From assembly GCA_946413985.1 (NCBI GenBank), contig CAMKMS010000001.1, positions 76,317-140,316 on the forward strand: 64,000 nucleotides of DNA. The letters run 5' to 3'. Source of the stretch: an uncultured Mycoplasmatota bacterium (GTDB lineage Bacteria; Bacillota_I; Bacilli_A; RF39; UBA660). Both the position numbers and the translations under genes were made by a program. The notes under the pieces were generated by a model. The model was given only the letters and a program-made list of their open reading frames with translations, was not told the DNA's origin and did not search any database. Positions 36,566 to 45,893 of the stretch are shown in pieces; position 1 is the stretch's first letter; every line of letters starts with the position of its first letter.

Positions 36566-36600
36566 AATCCTTTAAAGATAATAACAAGTGTGATTTTTTT
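36551..36600 (+). terminator. Attenuator terminator upstream of the ABC-F gene
   Basis: ATCACACTTTGTT (36551-36563) pairs with AACAAGTGTGAT (36583-36594), with a one-nt bulge. T7 follows. Confidence 0.65.
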
Positions 36601-36631
36601 GACATGCTAAAAATTTTAAAGGAGAATTATT

Positions 36632-39010
36632 ATGATAGAAATAAGTTTAAATAAAATAAATAAAAATTATGGTTTTAATAGTGTTTTAAATGATTTATCT
36701 TTTGATATAAAAACAGGTGAAAGAGTTGCTTTAATTGGAAGTAATGGGTGTGGTAAAACTACTACACTTAGATTAATCATGTCTCTTGAAAAACCTGATA
36801 GTGGAAATATTAATGTTAGAAAAGAATCGAAAATAGGTTATTTAACTCAAATTCCACCTCTTGAAAAAGATGATGTTCTTGCGAGTGTTGTTTATTTAAG
36901 AGGTGTAAAAGATCTAATTGATTTAGAAAATAAAATCAATTCTTTTGTTGATAGTATGAATTCTAGTGATAAAGATATTAAAGAATTAGCAAAATTACAA
37001 GAAGAGTTTAGAATTAAAGGTGGATATCAATTAAAAGAGAAAATAGAAAAAATAAAGTATGGTTTTAAAATAAGTGAAAGTATATTAAATACAAAGTATA
37101 ATCTTTTAAGCGGAGGAGAAAAAACAATTATTAATCTAGCTAGTTTAGTTTTATCAAATCCAGATATTTTGTTATTAGATGAACCAACTAATCACTTAGA
37201 TATTGATACCCTTGAATGGTTTGAAGATTATTTAATAAACTATAAAGGAGCATTATTAATAGTCAGTCATGATAGATATTTTATGGATCGTGTTTGCAAT
37301 AAGATTATTTCTATAGAACATGGACATGAAGATATTTATTATGGAAACTATTCATATTATTTAGAGGAAAGTGATAAAAGATTTCTTTTAGAAATGCAAA
37401 AATATAAAAATCAGCAAAAAGAAATAAAAGCTATTAAAGAAGCTATTATTAGATTAAAAGAATGGGGAACTAAAGCAGATAATCCAATATTTTTTAGAAG
37501 AGCATCTTCAATGGAAAAAAGACTTGAAAGAATGGAAAAAATTGATAAACCAATTAGTAAGAAAGAATTAAATATTAATTTATCTACTACTTCTAGAAGT
37601 GCTAATTGGGTCCTTGATATTAAAAATCTTTCTTTAGAAATTGACTCTAAGTCATTACTTATAAATTCGAATATGAATGTTTACTTTAAAGAACGTGTAT
37701 GTTTAATGGGAAAAAATGGTTGTGGAAAAACCACTTTGATAAAAAGCATAATAAACAATACAAATGAAAGTATTAAATTAGGTGTTAATGTAAGTATCGG
37801 ATACATACCTCAAGAAATTAGATTTGAAAATGAAGAATTAAGTGTATATGAATATATGAGAAGTATATTTGTTGGTAGTGAAAGTGAACTTAGAAGTAAA
37901 TTATTTAAATTCTATTTTGGTGAAGAGGCAATTTCAAAAAAATTAAAAGTAATAAGTGGTGGAGAAAAAGTAAGAATTAAACTTTTAGAATTAATACTTA
38001 AAAAAGCAAATTTTCTTATACTTGATGAACCAACAAATCATATAGATATTGATACTCGTGAATTATTGGAAGAATCACTTCTAGATTTTGATGGAACTAT
38101 TTTATTTATTTCACATGATAGATATTTTATAAATAAAATAGCAACTAAAATTGTAAGATTTGAAGAAAAAAAACTTGTTACATATAATGGAAATTATGAT
38201 TATTTAGTACATCTTGATTCTAAAAAGAAAGTAATCATTCCTGAAGTTAAAAAAGAAGTTACTATAAAAGGTAGTAATAGATTAAATGAATTTTTGAAAG
38301 ATGCAAATAGAATAGATGAAATAAGTATAGGATGTAATTCTAAAGTATATGAAATTAGAAAAAAGAGTAAAAAGTATTATTTAAAAATAGCTGATCATTT
38401 AAGTAAGGAATCTATTATGCTTGATTATTTAAATGGTAAAATTAAAGTTCCAGAAAAAATGTTTTATGAAAAATACAATGGTAAATCATATATATTAAGT
38501 CGTGAAATAAAAGGTCAAATGCTTTGTAGTGATTATTATATAAATCATCCATTAGAAGGAATAGATATAATAATTGAAGCATTTAATGATTTATATAATA
38601 TTGATTATAGCGATTGTGTAGTTGATGAAACAATTGATGCAAAAATAAAAGAAATTGAAAATAGATTTTCAAGTATTAAGCAGAGTGATATTAAAAAAGA
38701 AATATTAGATAGATTTCATACAAAAGAAGCAATATTAAAATATTTAAAAGGTAATAAACCTAAACAAATAATAGGATTTACTCATGGTGATATGTCTCTT
38801 CCTAATATATTTGCTTTAGATAATCATTTTAATGGATTAATTGATGTAGGTAATGCAGGTCTTAGTGATATTTATTTTGATTTAGTTGTATGTGAAATAT
38901 CAATAGAAAGAAATTATGGTAAAGAATATGTTCAATTATTCTATGATAAAATTGGAATAGAAAAAGATGAATTTAAGAGTGATTATTATAGAATACTATT
39001 AAGTCTATAA
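36632..39010 (+). CDS. ABC-F family ATPase (two ABC cassettes, no TMD) fused to a C-terminal APH-type phosphotransferase domain
   Basis: Walker A GSNGCGKTT / GKNGCGKTT, signatures LSGGEKT / ISGGEKV, Walker B LLLDEPTNHLD / LILDEPTNHID. From about residue 545 the kinase motifs are YYLKIA, FTHGDMSLPNIF and LIDVGNAGLSDIYFDL. SD AAAGGAGA. Confidence 0.8.
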   Translation: MIEISLNKINKNYGFNSVLNDLSFDIKTGERVALIGSNGCGKTTTLRLIMSLEKPDSGNINVRKESKIGYLTQIPPLEKDDVLASVVYLRGVKDLIDLENKINSFVDSMNSSDKDIKELAKLQEEFRIKGGYQLKEKIEKIKYGFKISESILNTKYNLLSGGEKTIINLASLVLSNPDILLLDEPTNHLDIDTLEWFEDYLINYKGALLIVSHDRYFMDRVCNKIISIEHGHEDIYYGNYSYYLEESDKRFLLEMQKYKNQQKEIKAIKEAIIRLKEWGTKADNPIFFRRASSMEKRLERMEKIDKPISKKELNINLSTTSRSANWVLDIKNLSLEIDSKSLLINSNMNVYFKERVCLMGKNGCGKTTLIKSIINNTNESIKLGVNVSIGYIPQEIRFENEELSVYEYMRSIFVGSESELRSKLFKFYFGEEAISKKLKVISGGEKVRIKLLELILKKANFLILDEPTNHIDIDTRELLEESLLDFDGTILFISHDRYFINKIATKIVRFEEKKLVTYNGNYDYLVHLDSKKKVIIPEVKKEVTIKGSNRLNEFLKDANRIDEISIGCNSKVYEIRKKSKKYYLKIADHLSKESIMLDYLNGKIKVPEKMFYEKYNGKSYILSREIKGQMLCSDYYINHPLEGIDIIIEAFNDLYNIDYSDCVVDETIDAKIKEIENRFSSIKQSDIKKEILDRFHTKEAILKYLKGNKPKQIIGFTHGDMSLPNIFALDNHFNGLIDVGNAGLSDIYFDLVVCEISIERNYGKEYVQLFYDKIGIEKDEFKSDYYRILLSL

Positions 39011-39103
39011 TTTATTATAAAAGGTAAGTAACAAATATTACTTTCCTTTTTTATTTAAATAATGAATATAGTATGCTATAATACAAAATTAATTGAGGGA
39101 CTT

Positions 39104-40243
39104 ATGGCAAAGAAGAAGAAAAAGAAACAATATAAAAGTACTTATTATTTATCTGGAGTATTGGTAATTGAAAGTATTATTCTATGTGCAATATTAAAAA
39201 TGGTTCATAATAAAAAAATTAATCACATAAATACTATAAGAAATATTGAACTTAGTAGTGAATATCAAACAGATGAAATTTATTATAAATTAAAAAATGC
39301 TCTATATAGTAATCCATATTTAAGTGACAAAGAAAAAGAATACATTGGATCTTACATATGGGTATTTGCAATGAATAAAGATTATATGGATTTAACATAT
39401 TTTGAGAATTGCTTAAATACTTTAAAAATTAATTATGTTAAAAAAGTTAAACTGGAAAAGAATAACATTATTGATGGGGAATATAATAATGATAATAATA
39501 CAATTAATTTTTATAATGTTAATAGTATTAGTGAAGTAAGAGATTTTACTTTTACACATGAAATGTTTCATATTATGCAAAAAGTATATTTTAGAGAATT
39601 CAATTCATTTTTAGTTGAAAGTATTAATACGATTTATAATGAAGAATATACTAATAGGGAAGAACATTCGATGTATAAAAACTATTATAATTTTACAAAA
39701 ATGCTAATGGAAATTATAGGAACAGAACCAATAAAAGAATTTCAAGGATATACAATGAGTGCACCTATTATTGATGCTTTAGTAAGTATTTATAATGATG
39801 AGAAATATGCTAATGAATTATTATTAAATTTAGATTTGTATAAAGATTTATTTGATAATAATAATGGTAATGAAAAAAAATTAAAAGAATTAAAAAGATT
39901 AAAAGAAAGAATAATTGAGCAATTAGGATTCTATTATGAAAAAGAATATAATAGGAAAATGAGTAAAGATTATTTAATGTTATATTATTATGATTTTGAT
40001 AAGTTCCTCGAAGAATTTTCAAGAAATCAAAACATTAATATTAAAGGAATTAACAATAACTTTAAATATTTTAACCAAGATTCTTATAATAGTTTGGTAG
40101 TATATTATGAACAAGAAGTTGTTAGTGTATTTATTAATCCTGGTGAAAGTAAAACAGAAAAAAGAATGATGAAGGATTATGTATGTATAATTGATGATGA
40201 AAGTAGATTTATAGAAGATAATTTAGAATTAAAAAAGAAATAA
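39104..40243 (+). CDS. Membrane-anchored putative zinc metallopeptidase (HExxH), unknown family
   Basis: ATG at 39104 after GAGGGA. Poly-Lys then a TM segment. FTHEMFHIMQ is the only catalytic-type motif. Confidence 0.4.
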   Translation: MAKKKKKKQYKSTYYLSGVLVIESIILCAILKMVHNKKINHINTIRNIELSSEYQTDEIYYKLKNALYSNPYLSDKEKEYIGSYIWVFAMNKDYMDLTYFENCLNTLKINYVKKVKLEKNNIIDGEYNNDNNTINFYNVNSISEVRDFTFTHEMFHIMQKVYFREFNSFLVESINTIYNEEYTNREEHSMYKNYYNFTKMLMEIIGTEPIKEFQGYTMSAPIIDALVSIYNDEKYANELLLNLDLYKDLFDNNNGNEKKLKELKRLKERIIEQLGFYYEKEYNRKMSKDYLMLYYYDFDKFLEEFSRNQNINIKGINNNFKYFNQDSYNSLVVYYEQEVVSVFINPGESKTEKRMMKDYVCIIDDESRFIEDNLELKKK

Positions 40244-40247
40244 TTGA

Positions 40248-41480
40248 TTATTTCTTTTTTCTTATCCAATTTTTACCATCAACTATTCTTGAAACTAGCA
40301 TTGATGAAGCACTATCTCCAACTACATTTAGCATTGTAGCTCCAGGGTCTATAATAGTTGCTATAATTGTTAACATTAATAAACAAGATGCTGGGAAATT
40401 AAACATAGATATTATTAATGCTTCTGATATTGTTCCACCACCAATTGGAATTGCTGTTATTAAAAGTGTAGCTAAAAGAGAAACAAGTATTATTTTGCTT
40501 GTTGATACATTAGAATTAAACAAATAAACTAAGAACATAATTTTAAATACACTTCCAATAATTGAACCATCTTTGTGAAAATTTGTACCAAGTGGAATAA
40601 CAGTATTAGCTATATCATCTTTAACACCTATTTTTTTAGTACAATCTATATTTACAGGAATAGATGCAGCAGATGAACAAGTTGCTAAAGCTGTAATTGT
40701 AGATGGAAGAATATTTTTCCAATAAGAAATAAATCCTTTTTTGCCCGAAGAGATAAATGCATAAATAGAATAAACAATAAAATAGAATAATACTGAAACA
40801 ATAGAATATATTACAAATGTTTTTGTATAGCCTATTGCTATTTCACCACCTAATGTTCCAACTAGACTAGCAAAATAACATCCAAGTCCTATAGGTGCAT
40901 AATACATTATTATATCAATATATTTTTGAACGACTTTATTAGCACTTTCAAGAATATCTAAAAGTTGTTTTGAATTATCCTTTGAAAGATTAATGCTTAA
41001 ACCTATAATAATTGAGAATACAATTAACGCAATCATATTATCTCTTGATAATATTTTACTAAAATCATTTGTACTAATGGTGTTAATAACTCTATCTATG
41101 TAGTTTACTGTATCATTGTTTGTAGTTTCTTGATTATTTAGTATCATCTTAATGTTATGTTCATCATTTATATTAACTAATCTAAATGATTTTGTTGTAA
41201 TAATACCTATGAATGCACTTATAAGTGACGTAACAATAAAAATAATAAATGTTGTAAATAATATTTTTCCAATTCTTTTTGGATTTTCCATTTTACCTAT
41301 AGAAGTAGTTAGTGTTAAAAATATTAAAGGTACAATTATAACTAGTAATAGATTTAAAAACAATTCACCAAAAGGGCTTAAGAAACTTGCTTTTTCTTTA
41401 AATATTAATCCAATAATTGTTCCAATTATAATTGAAAATAATAGTATTAATGTTCTTTTATAATTTTTAAGTATTTTCAT
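40248..41480 (-). CDS. Dicarboxylate/amino acid:cation symporter (DAACS family)
   Basis: DAACS-like topology with the CSSAASIPV reentrant-loop motif. ATG at 41480, 7 nt after AAAGGAG; the track start at 41531 has no SD. Confidence 0.75.
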   Translation of the reverse strand: MKILKNYKRTLILLFSIIIGTIIGLIFKEKASFLSPFGELFLNLLLVIIVPLIFLTLTTSIGKMENPKRIGKILFTTFIIFIVTSLISAFIGIITTKSFRLVNINDEHNIKMILNNQETTNNDTVNYIDRVINTISTNDFSKILSRDNMIALIVFSIIIGLSINLSKDNSKQLLDILESANKVVQKYIDIIMYYAPIGLGCYFASLVGTLGGEIAIGYTKTFVIYSIVSVLFYFIVYSIYAFISSGKKGFISYWKNILPSTITALATCSSAASIPVNIDCTKKIGVKDDIANTVIPLGTNFHKDGSIIGSVFKIMFLVYLFNSNVSTSKIILVSLLATLLITAIPIGGGTISEALIISMFNFPASCLLMLTIIATIIDPGATMLNVVGDSASSMLVSRIVDGKNWIRKKK

Positions 41481-41642
41481 AATAAAACTCCTTTCTATAA
41501 AATATATGTTATTAATATAAAAAAACGACATTTTTTATTTTTTGTGCTATAATTATCTTGTAAATAGTTATGTAAAAATTAGATTGTTTTATTGAATAAT
41601 TGCTTCTTAAAATATATAGTTAGTATATAAAGAGGTGTAATT

Positions 41643-41825
41643 ATGAATAAAGGAATATCTAATAATGCTATTACTTTAACTAAAGGAGCTAATGCTAAAG
41701 TTAGAGATTGGTATTTAAAGAATTTACCTATTAATGAAAGATTATTTATGCCATCTTTAAATAATGTTATATTATCTGTTCCTTACGTTAAAGAAAGTAG
41801 TAAGGAAGAGGTAATGAAGTTATGA
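41643..41825 (+). CDS. Hypothetical 60-aa protein
   Basis: SD AGAGGTG. Its stop overlaps the next start (ATGA). Confidence 0.4.
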   Translation: MNKGISNNAITLTKGANAKVRDWYLKNLPINERLFMPSLNNVILSVPYVKESSKEEVMKL

Positions 41826-42070
41826 ATACAACATTTATTTTCCAAGATGAGGATAGAGAATATAAGAAAGCAGAGTTAATTGTTGCTTTTAGTGAGAATG
41901 ATAAAAAATATATTGCATATGAGCTAGAAAGTGAAAAAGACTATCCTTATGATGTTATGCATTTTGCTTTATATGATGAGGTAAATGGAAGAGTGTTTAT
42001 TCATAAAATAGATCCAAATGATGTAGAGTATATTAAAGGTAGATTGCTTAATTTATTAAAAGGCAACTAG
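41822..42070 (+). CDS. Small acidic protein, possibly DUF1292-like
   Basis: SD GGAAGAGG. The pattern EDREYKKAELIVAF..NDKKYIAYE...DVM.FALYDE is reminiscent of DUF1292. This call is weak. Confidence 0.4.
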   Translation: MNTTFIFQDEDREYKKAELIVAFSENDKKYIAYELESEKDYPYDVMHFALYDEVNGRVFIHKIDPNDVEYIKGRLLNLLKGN

Positions 42071-42071
42071 C

Positions 42072-42110
42072 TTTTTTTTGCAAAAAAAAATGAGTAAAAA
42101 CTCATTTTAT
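42072..42110. terminator. Bidirectional terminator region between convergent genes
   Basis: T8-GC-A9 palindrome followed by AAATGAG-taaaaa-CTCATTT. Confidence 0.5.
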
Positions 42111-43418
42111 TTTATTCTTGTATAATATATCAATATCTACATATCCAGGAACACCAGATACTTTTCCACTACTTGTTGCTTGCCATAACATAAATGGTTT
42201 TTCTGTATAGTCGTTGTTATCTGTATAATATGCTAACCATTGATTTTTAAAATTTCTTCCCCATAAACGAGTTAGATAATATGCGCTTGAATAAAGCATT
42301 CCTGTATAGCCATATTCTTCTACTGTATCAATAAATGTTTGAGCTGTATTATGTACTCTTGTAAAACTCATTTTATAAGAATTAAATGATCCCCAGTTTT
42401 CCCAATCAAATGCAATTGGTAAGTCTAATTCTTCACCATCTAATTGATTTACAATCCATTCTGCATGTTCTTTTGCTTGTTCTTCGTTTTCAGCATAAGA
42501 GAAGAAATATAATCCAACTTTTACACCAGCTTTTTTTGCATTTTTGATATTGTTTTTAAATTGTTTGTCCATTTTTATTTCGCCACTATTTGTATGACCA
42601 AATCCAATTCTTATTATTGCAAATTCTACACCAGCTTTTTTAGCTTTTTCCCAATTTATTTCATCTTGCCATGAAGATACATCTATACCAATCATTGTTT
42701 CTTCATTTTTATATTTTTTAATATATTTACTAATAGGTTTTTTTGTTTTGGTAGATGTAGAAGTTGATGTTGAAGTTGATTTTTCTTTTACTGTTAGTGT
42801 AAAACTTATAACAGTTTTATTTCCACTTGAATCAGTTGCTTTATATCTTAATTTATATTTTCCAACTTTATTAACATCATAATCTCCAATTACTTTGCAT
42901 TTAGGTACATCATCATAATTATCTCCACAAAGGAATAAATCTTTAATTTTAGTTGTTGAACCTTTAGTAATTGTTTTATTTCCACCTAATATAACTGGTG
43001 GTGTAGTATCAACTACTTTATATTTAATTGTATAAGTGATTTTGTCTACTTTTACTTTTCTAGTGAAACTACCCAACTTTGTTGTATCAATATGACCTTT
43101 AGCAGGAACTTTAATAATACTTTTAATAGCAATTCTTTTATTATATTCAACTGCTCCTATATTATAAGTTCTTATTTTTGATTGTTTAATCTCTGGAACT
43201 TCTTCTATAATTTCTTCTTTTTCATCATCCAATTTAACAACTTCATCTTTTTGTTCTTGTTTTAAAATGTTTGATACTAATGGCGTATCGCTTAAGTCTT
43301 TAACACCTACTTTATAATTTTGTTTTTCATTTTCATAGAAAAAACAAAAGTATACAAGTGCTATAGATAATACAACTAATAAAAAATAAATAAAAATATT
43401 AAATAATTTGTTTCTCAT
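42102..43418 (-). CDS. GH25 muramidase with an N-terminal membrane anchor and an Ig-like (DUF5011-like) domain
   Basis: GH25 start motif GIDVSSWQDEINWEKAKKAGVEFAIIRIG. Ig-like segment VVDTTPPVILGG...YKLRYKATDSSGNKTVISFTLTV. (ST)n linker. Confidence 0.8.
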   Translation of the reverse strand: MRNKLFNIFIYFLLVVLSIALVYFCFFYENEKQNYKVGVKDLSDTPLVSNILKQEQKDEVVKLDDEKEEIIEEVPEIKQSKIRTYNIGAVEYNKRIAIKSIIKVPAKGHIDTTKLGSFTRKVKVDKITYTIKYKVVDTTPPVILGGNKTITKGSTTKIKDLFLCGDNYDDVPKCKVIGDYDVNKVGKYKLRYKATDSSGNKTVISFTLTVKEKSTSTSTSTSTKTKKPISKYIKKYKNEETMIGIDVSSWQDEINWEKAKKAGVEFAIIRIGFGHTNSGEIKMDKQFKNNIKNAKKAGVKVGLYFFSYAENEEQAKEHAEWIVNQLDGEELDLPIAFDWENWGSFNSYKMSFTRVHNTAQTFIDTVEEYGYTGMLYSSAYYLTRLWGRNFKNQWLAYYTDNNDYTEKPFMLWQATSSGKVSGVPGYVDIDILYKNKIK

Positions 43419-43537
43419 ATTATATTTATATCATAAATTTGTAAAAATTTAAAGTAAAATTGTGTAAATATTTGTTTTTTCTATTTAAGTGTCTATATAA
43501 AAAATTATATAATTATAATAAGGTGAGGAAATGTAAT

Positions 43538-45007
43538 ATGAAGAAAGGATTTGATAATGCTAAGTATGTAAAAATACAAAGCAAGAAAATCAAGGAGAGG
43601 TTTGGTTTATTTGATAAATTATATCTTGAAGTAGGTGGAAAACTATTTGATGATTCACATGCTGCAAGGGTTTTACCTGGATTTAAAAGTGATTCAAAAA
43701 TAAGTATGTTTAAAGAATTAAAAGATGACTTAGAAATTATCTATTGTATTAATGCTAACGATATTGAAAGAAATAAGACAAGGGCAGAGTATGGTATTAC
43801 ATATGATACTGAAATACTAAAATTGATAGATAAGTCTATTAATATGGGATTTAGTGTTAATAGTGTAGTTATTACTTTATATAAAAATCAATTAAGTGTT
43901 GATAAATTTATTAAGAAATTGAATAGAAATGGAATTAAAACATATATTCATACATTTACAAAAGGATATCCAACAGATGTAGATACTATTGTAAGTGAAG
44001 AAGGATATGGAGCTAATCCATATGTTGAGACAACAAAACCATTAATACTTGTTAATGCTCCAGGGCCAGGAAGTGGTAAACTAGCAACTTGTTTATCACA
44101 GGTTTATCATGAGCATAAACGTGGTGTTAATGCTGGATATGCAAAGTTTGAAACATTTCCTGTATGGAATTTACCACTAAAGCATCCTGTTAATATTGCA
44201 TATGAAGCAGCAACTGCTGATTTAAAAGATGTTAATATGATTGATCCATTCCACCTTGAAGCATATGGCGCAACTGCAATTAATTATAATAGAGATATTG
44301 AAATGTTTCCTGTCTTAAGAAGTATACTTAGAAAAGCTACTGGAAAAGATATTTATAAAAGTCCAACTGATATGGGCGTTAATATGATTGGTTTTTGTAT
44401 TACTGATAATGATGTAGTAGAAGAAGCTAGTAAAAAAGAAGTAGTAAGAAGATATTATAATGAACAAAATAGTTATAAATTAGGTCTTAGTGATCAAGAT
44501 AATGTTGAAAAAGTAAAACTATTAATGAATGAGCTAAATATTGATGAATCATATTTAGATGTTATTAAACCAGCATTAGATAAAAAGAAAGAAAAGAATT
44601 CTCCAGTTATTGCTCTTAAGATTAATAAAAAAATAATAACTGGTAAACAAACAGATATATTAACACCAGCATGTAGTGTAATATTAAATGCAATTAAATA
44701 TTTAAGTAAACTTCCTGATGATATAAAATTATTATCACCTAAAGTGTTAGAACCAATGCTTGCTTTAAAGAAAGACTTATATAATGGAGATAGATTAACT
44801 CTTCCAGAAGTATTAACAGCACTTAGTATTTGTTCTGCTACAAATTCTATGACTGAAAAAGCATTATCATGTTTATCTAAATTAAAAGATTGTGAAGCAC
44901 ATGCAACATACATAGTTGATAATGGAGATAAAAAAACATTAAAAGGTTTAAAAATAAATCTTACTTGTGAAAGTGAATACTTGCAAAATGAAAGTTATTT
45001 TGAATAA
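43538..45007 (+). CDS. DUF1846 (UPF0371) family protein
   Basis: N-terminus MKKGFDNAKYVKIQSKKIKERF...KLYLEVGGKLFDDSHAARVLPGF is characteristic of UPF0371. ATG at 43538 after AGGTGAGG. Confidence 0.7.
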   Translation: MKKGFDNAKYVKIQSKKIKERFGLFDKLYLEVGGKLFDDSHAARVLPGFKSDSKISMFKELKDDLEIIYCINANDIERNKTRAEYGITYDTEILKLIDKSINMGFSVNSVVITLYKNQLSVDKFIKKLNRNGIKTYIHTFTKGYPTDVDTIVSEEGYGANPYVETTKPLILVNAPGPGSGKLATCLSQVYHEHKRGVNAGYAKFETFPVWNLPLKHPVNIAYEAATADLKDVNMIDPFHLEAYGATAINYNRDIEMFPVLRSILRKATGKDIYKSPTDMGVNMIGFCITDNDVVEEASKKEVVRRYYNEQNSYKLGLSDQDNVEKVKLLMNELNIDESYLDVIKPALDKKKEKNSPVIALKINKKIITGKQTDILTPACSVILNAIKYLSKLPDDIKLLSPKVLEPMLALKKDLYNGDRLTLPEVLTALSICSATNSMTEKALSCLSKLKDCEAHATYIVDNGDKKTLKGLKINLTCESEYLQNESYFE

Positions 45008-45034
45008 AAAAATAGAATCATTTGATTCTATTTT
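45006..45034. terminator. Bidirectional terminator between convergent genes
   Basis: AATAGAATCA/TGATTCTATT palindrome flanked by A- and T-runs. Confidence 0.5.
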
Positions 45035-45801
45035 ATTTTGTTTTTGTAATTGTTAATTTTAATTGTAACATTGTCATAAACTATTTTTACATCTTTTACA
45101 TAACTTGGAATACTATAATATATATATCCTTTATATGTTGTTTTTTCTGTTGCTAATATATCAAGTGTTTTTGTTGAAACAGTTCCTACTTTTGCTGTTT
45201 GTTCATCCCCCTCATTATCAATATAAACTAGTTTAATATCATTTAATCTTTTCCAATCATCTGTTTTATTTTTAAAGTTTATATGGAATCCATAATAAGT
45301 TTTTTTACTGAAATTTTTTTCAGTATATTTTATTATTTTATCAACTGTAATATTGAACTTTTCTGTATTAGCAGTTTTATTAAATGATACTACAATTTTT
45401 TCTTCTTCATTATTTTTTAAATTATCAAGTATATCTTGTAAATTATCATTATTGTCATCATTAGTATTAATAATATTTAAATCATTACGAGCACTATTAT
45501 TTTCTGTTTGTTTAAATATTGAATAAATAATTGTTGAAACAATAGCTATTGCAAATAAAGCTATAAATATTGCCATAACTGCTGATGCAGCTGTTATTTT
45601 TTTAGTGGTTTTATAAACATCTTTTTTAATTTCATTATTAATTTTTTTAGATTCTAAATCTAAATCATCTTGTTTCTTTTTATAATCTAAGTATTCCTTA
45701 TATTGTTTATTATTTTTGTATGGAGCACCACAATTAGGACATTTAATATCATTTTCTACATTTATTAATGCACCACAATGTTCACAATTAATATTTTTCA
45801 T
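45028..45801 (-). CDS. Zinc-ribbon / single-TM protein with an extracytoplasmic beta-rich domain
   Basis: CEHCGALINVENDIKCPNCGAPY zinc ribbon, TM AASAVMAIFIALFAIAIVSTII. SD GAGGTG. Confidence 0.55.
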   Translation of the reverse strand: MKNINCEHCGALINVENDIKCPNCGAPYKNNKQYKEYLDYKKKQDDLDLESKKINNEIKKDVYKTTKKITAASAVMAIFIALFAIAIVSTIIYSIFKQTENNSARNDLNIINTNDDNNDNLQDILDNLKNNEEEKIVVSFNKTANTEKFNITVDKIIKYTEKNFSKKTYYGFHINFKNKTDDWKRLNDIKLVYIDNEGDEQTAKVGTVSTKTLDILATEKTTYKGYIYYSIPSYVKDVKIVYDNVTIKINNYKNKIK

Positions 45802-45893
45802 AATTCACCTCATATATATTGTAAAACATTTTATGGTAGAGTTATAGACTTTTTTTAATAAATTTAGTAAAATTTATAATAGGAGAATGATAA

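Noticed and set aside
41643-42070. Overlapping 60-aa / 82-aa gene pair as a toxin-antitoxin module
   Set aside because: Only the size and the 4-nt overlap fit. Neither protein shows a recognisable toxin or antitoxin (HTH/RHH/AbrB) motif, and the second looks DUF1292-like.
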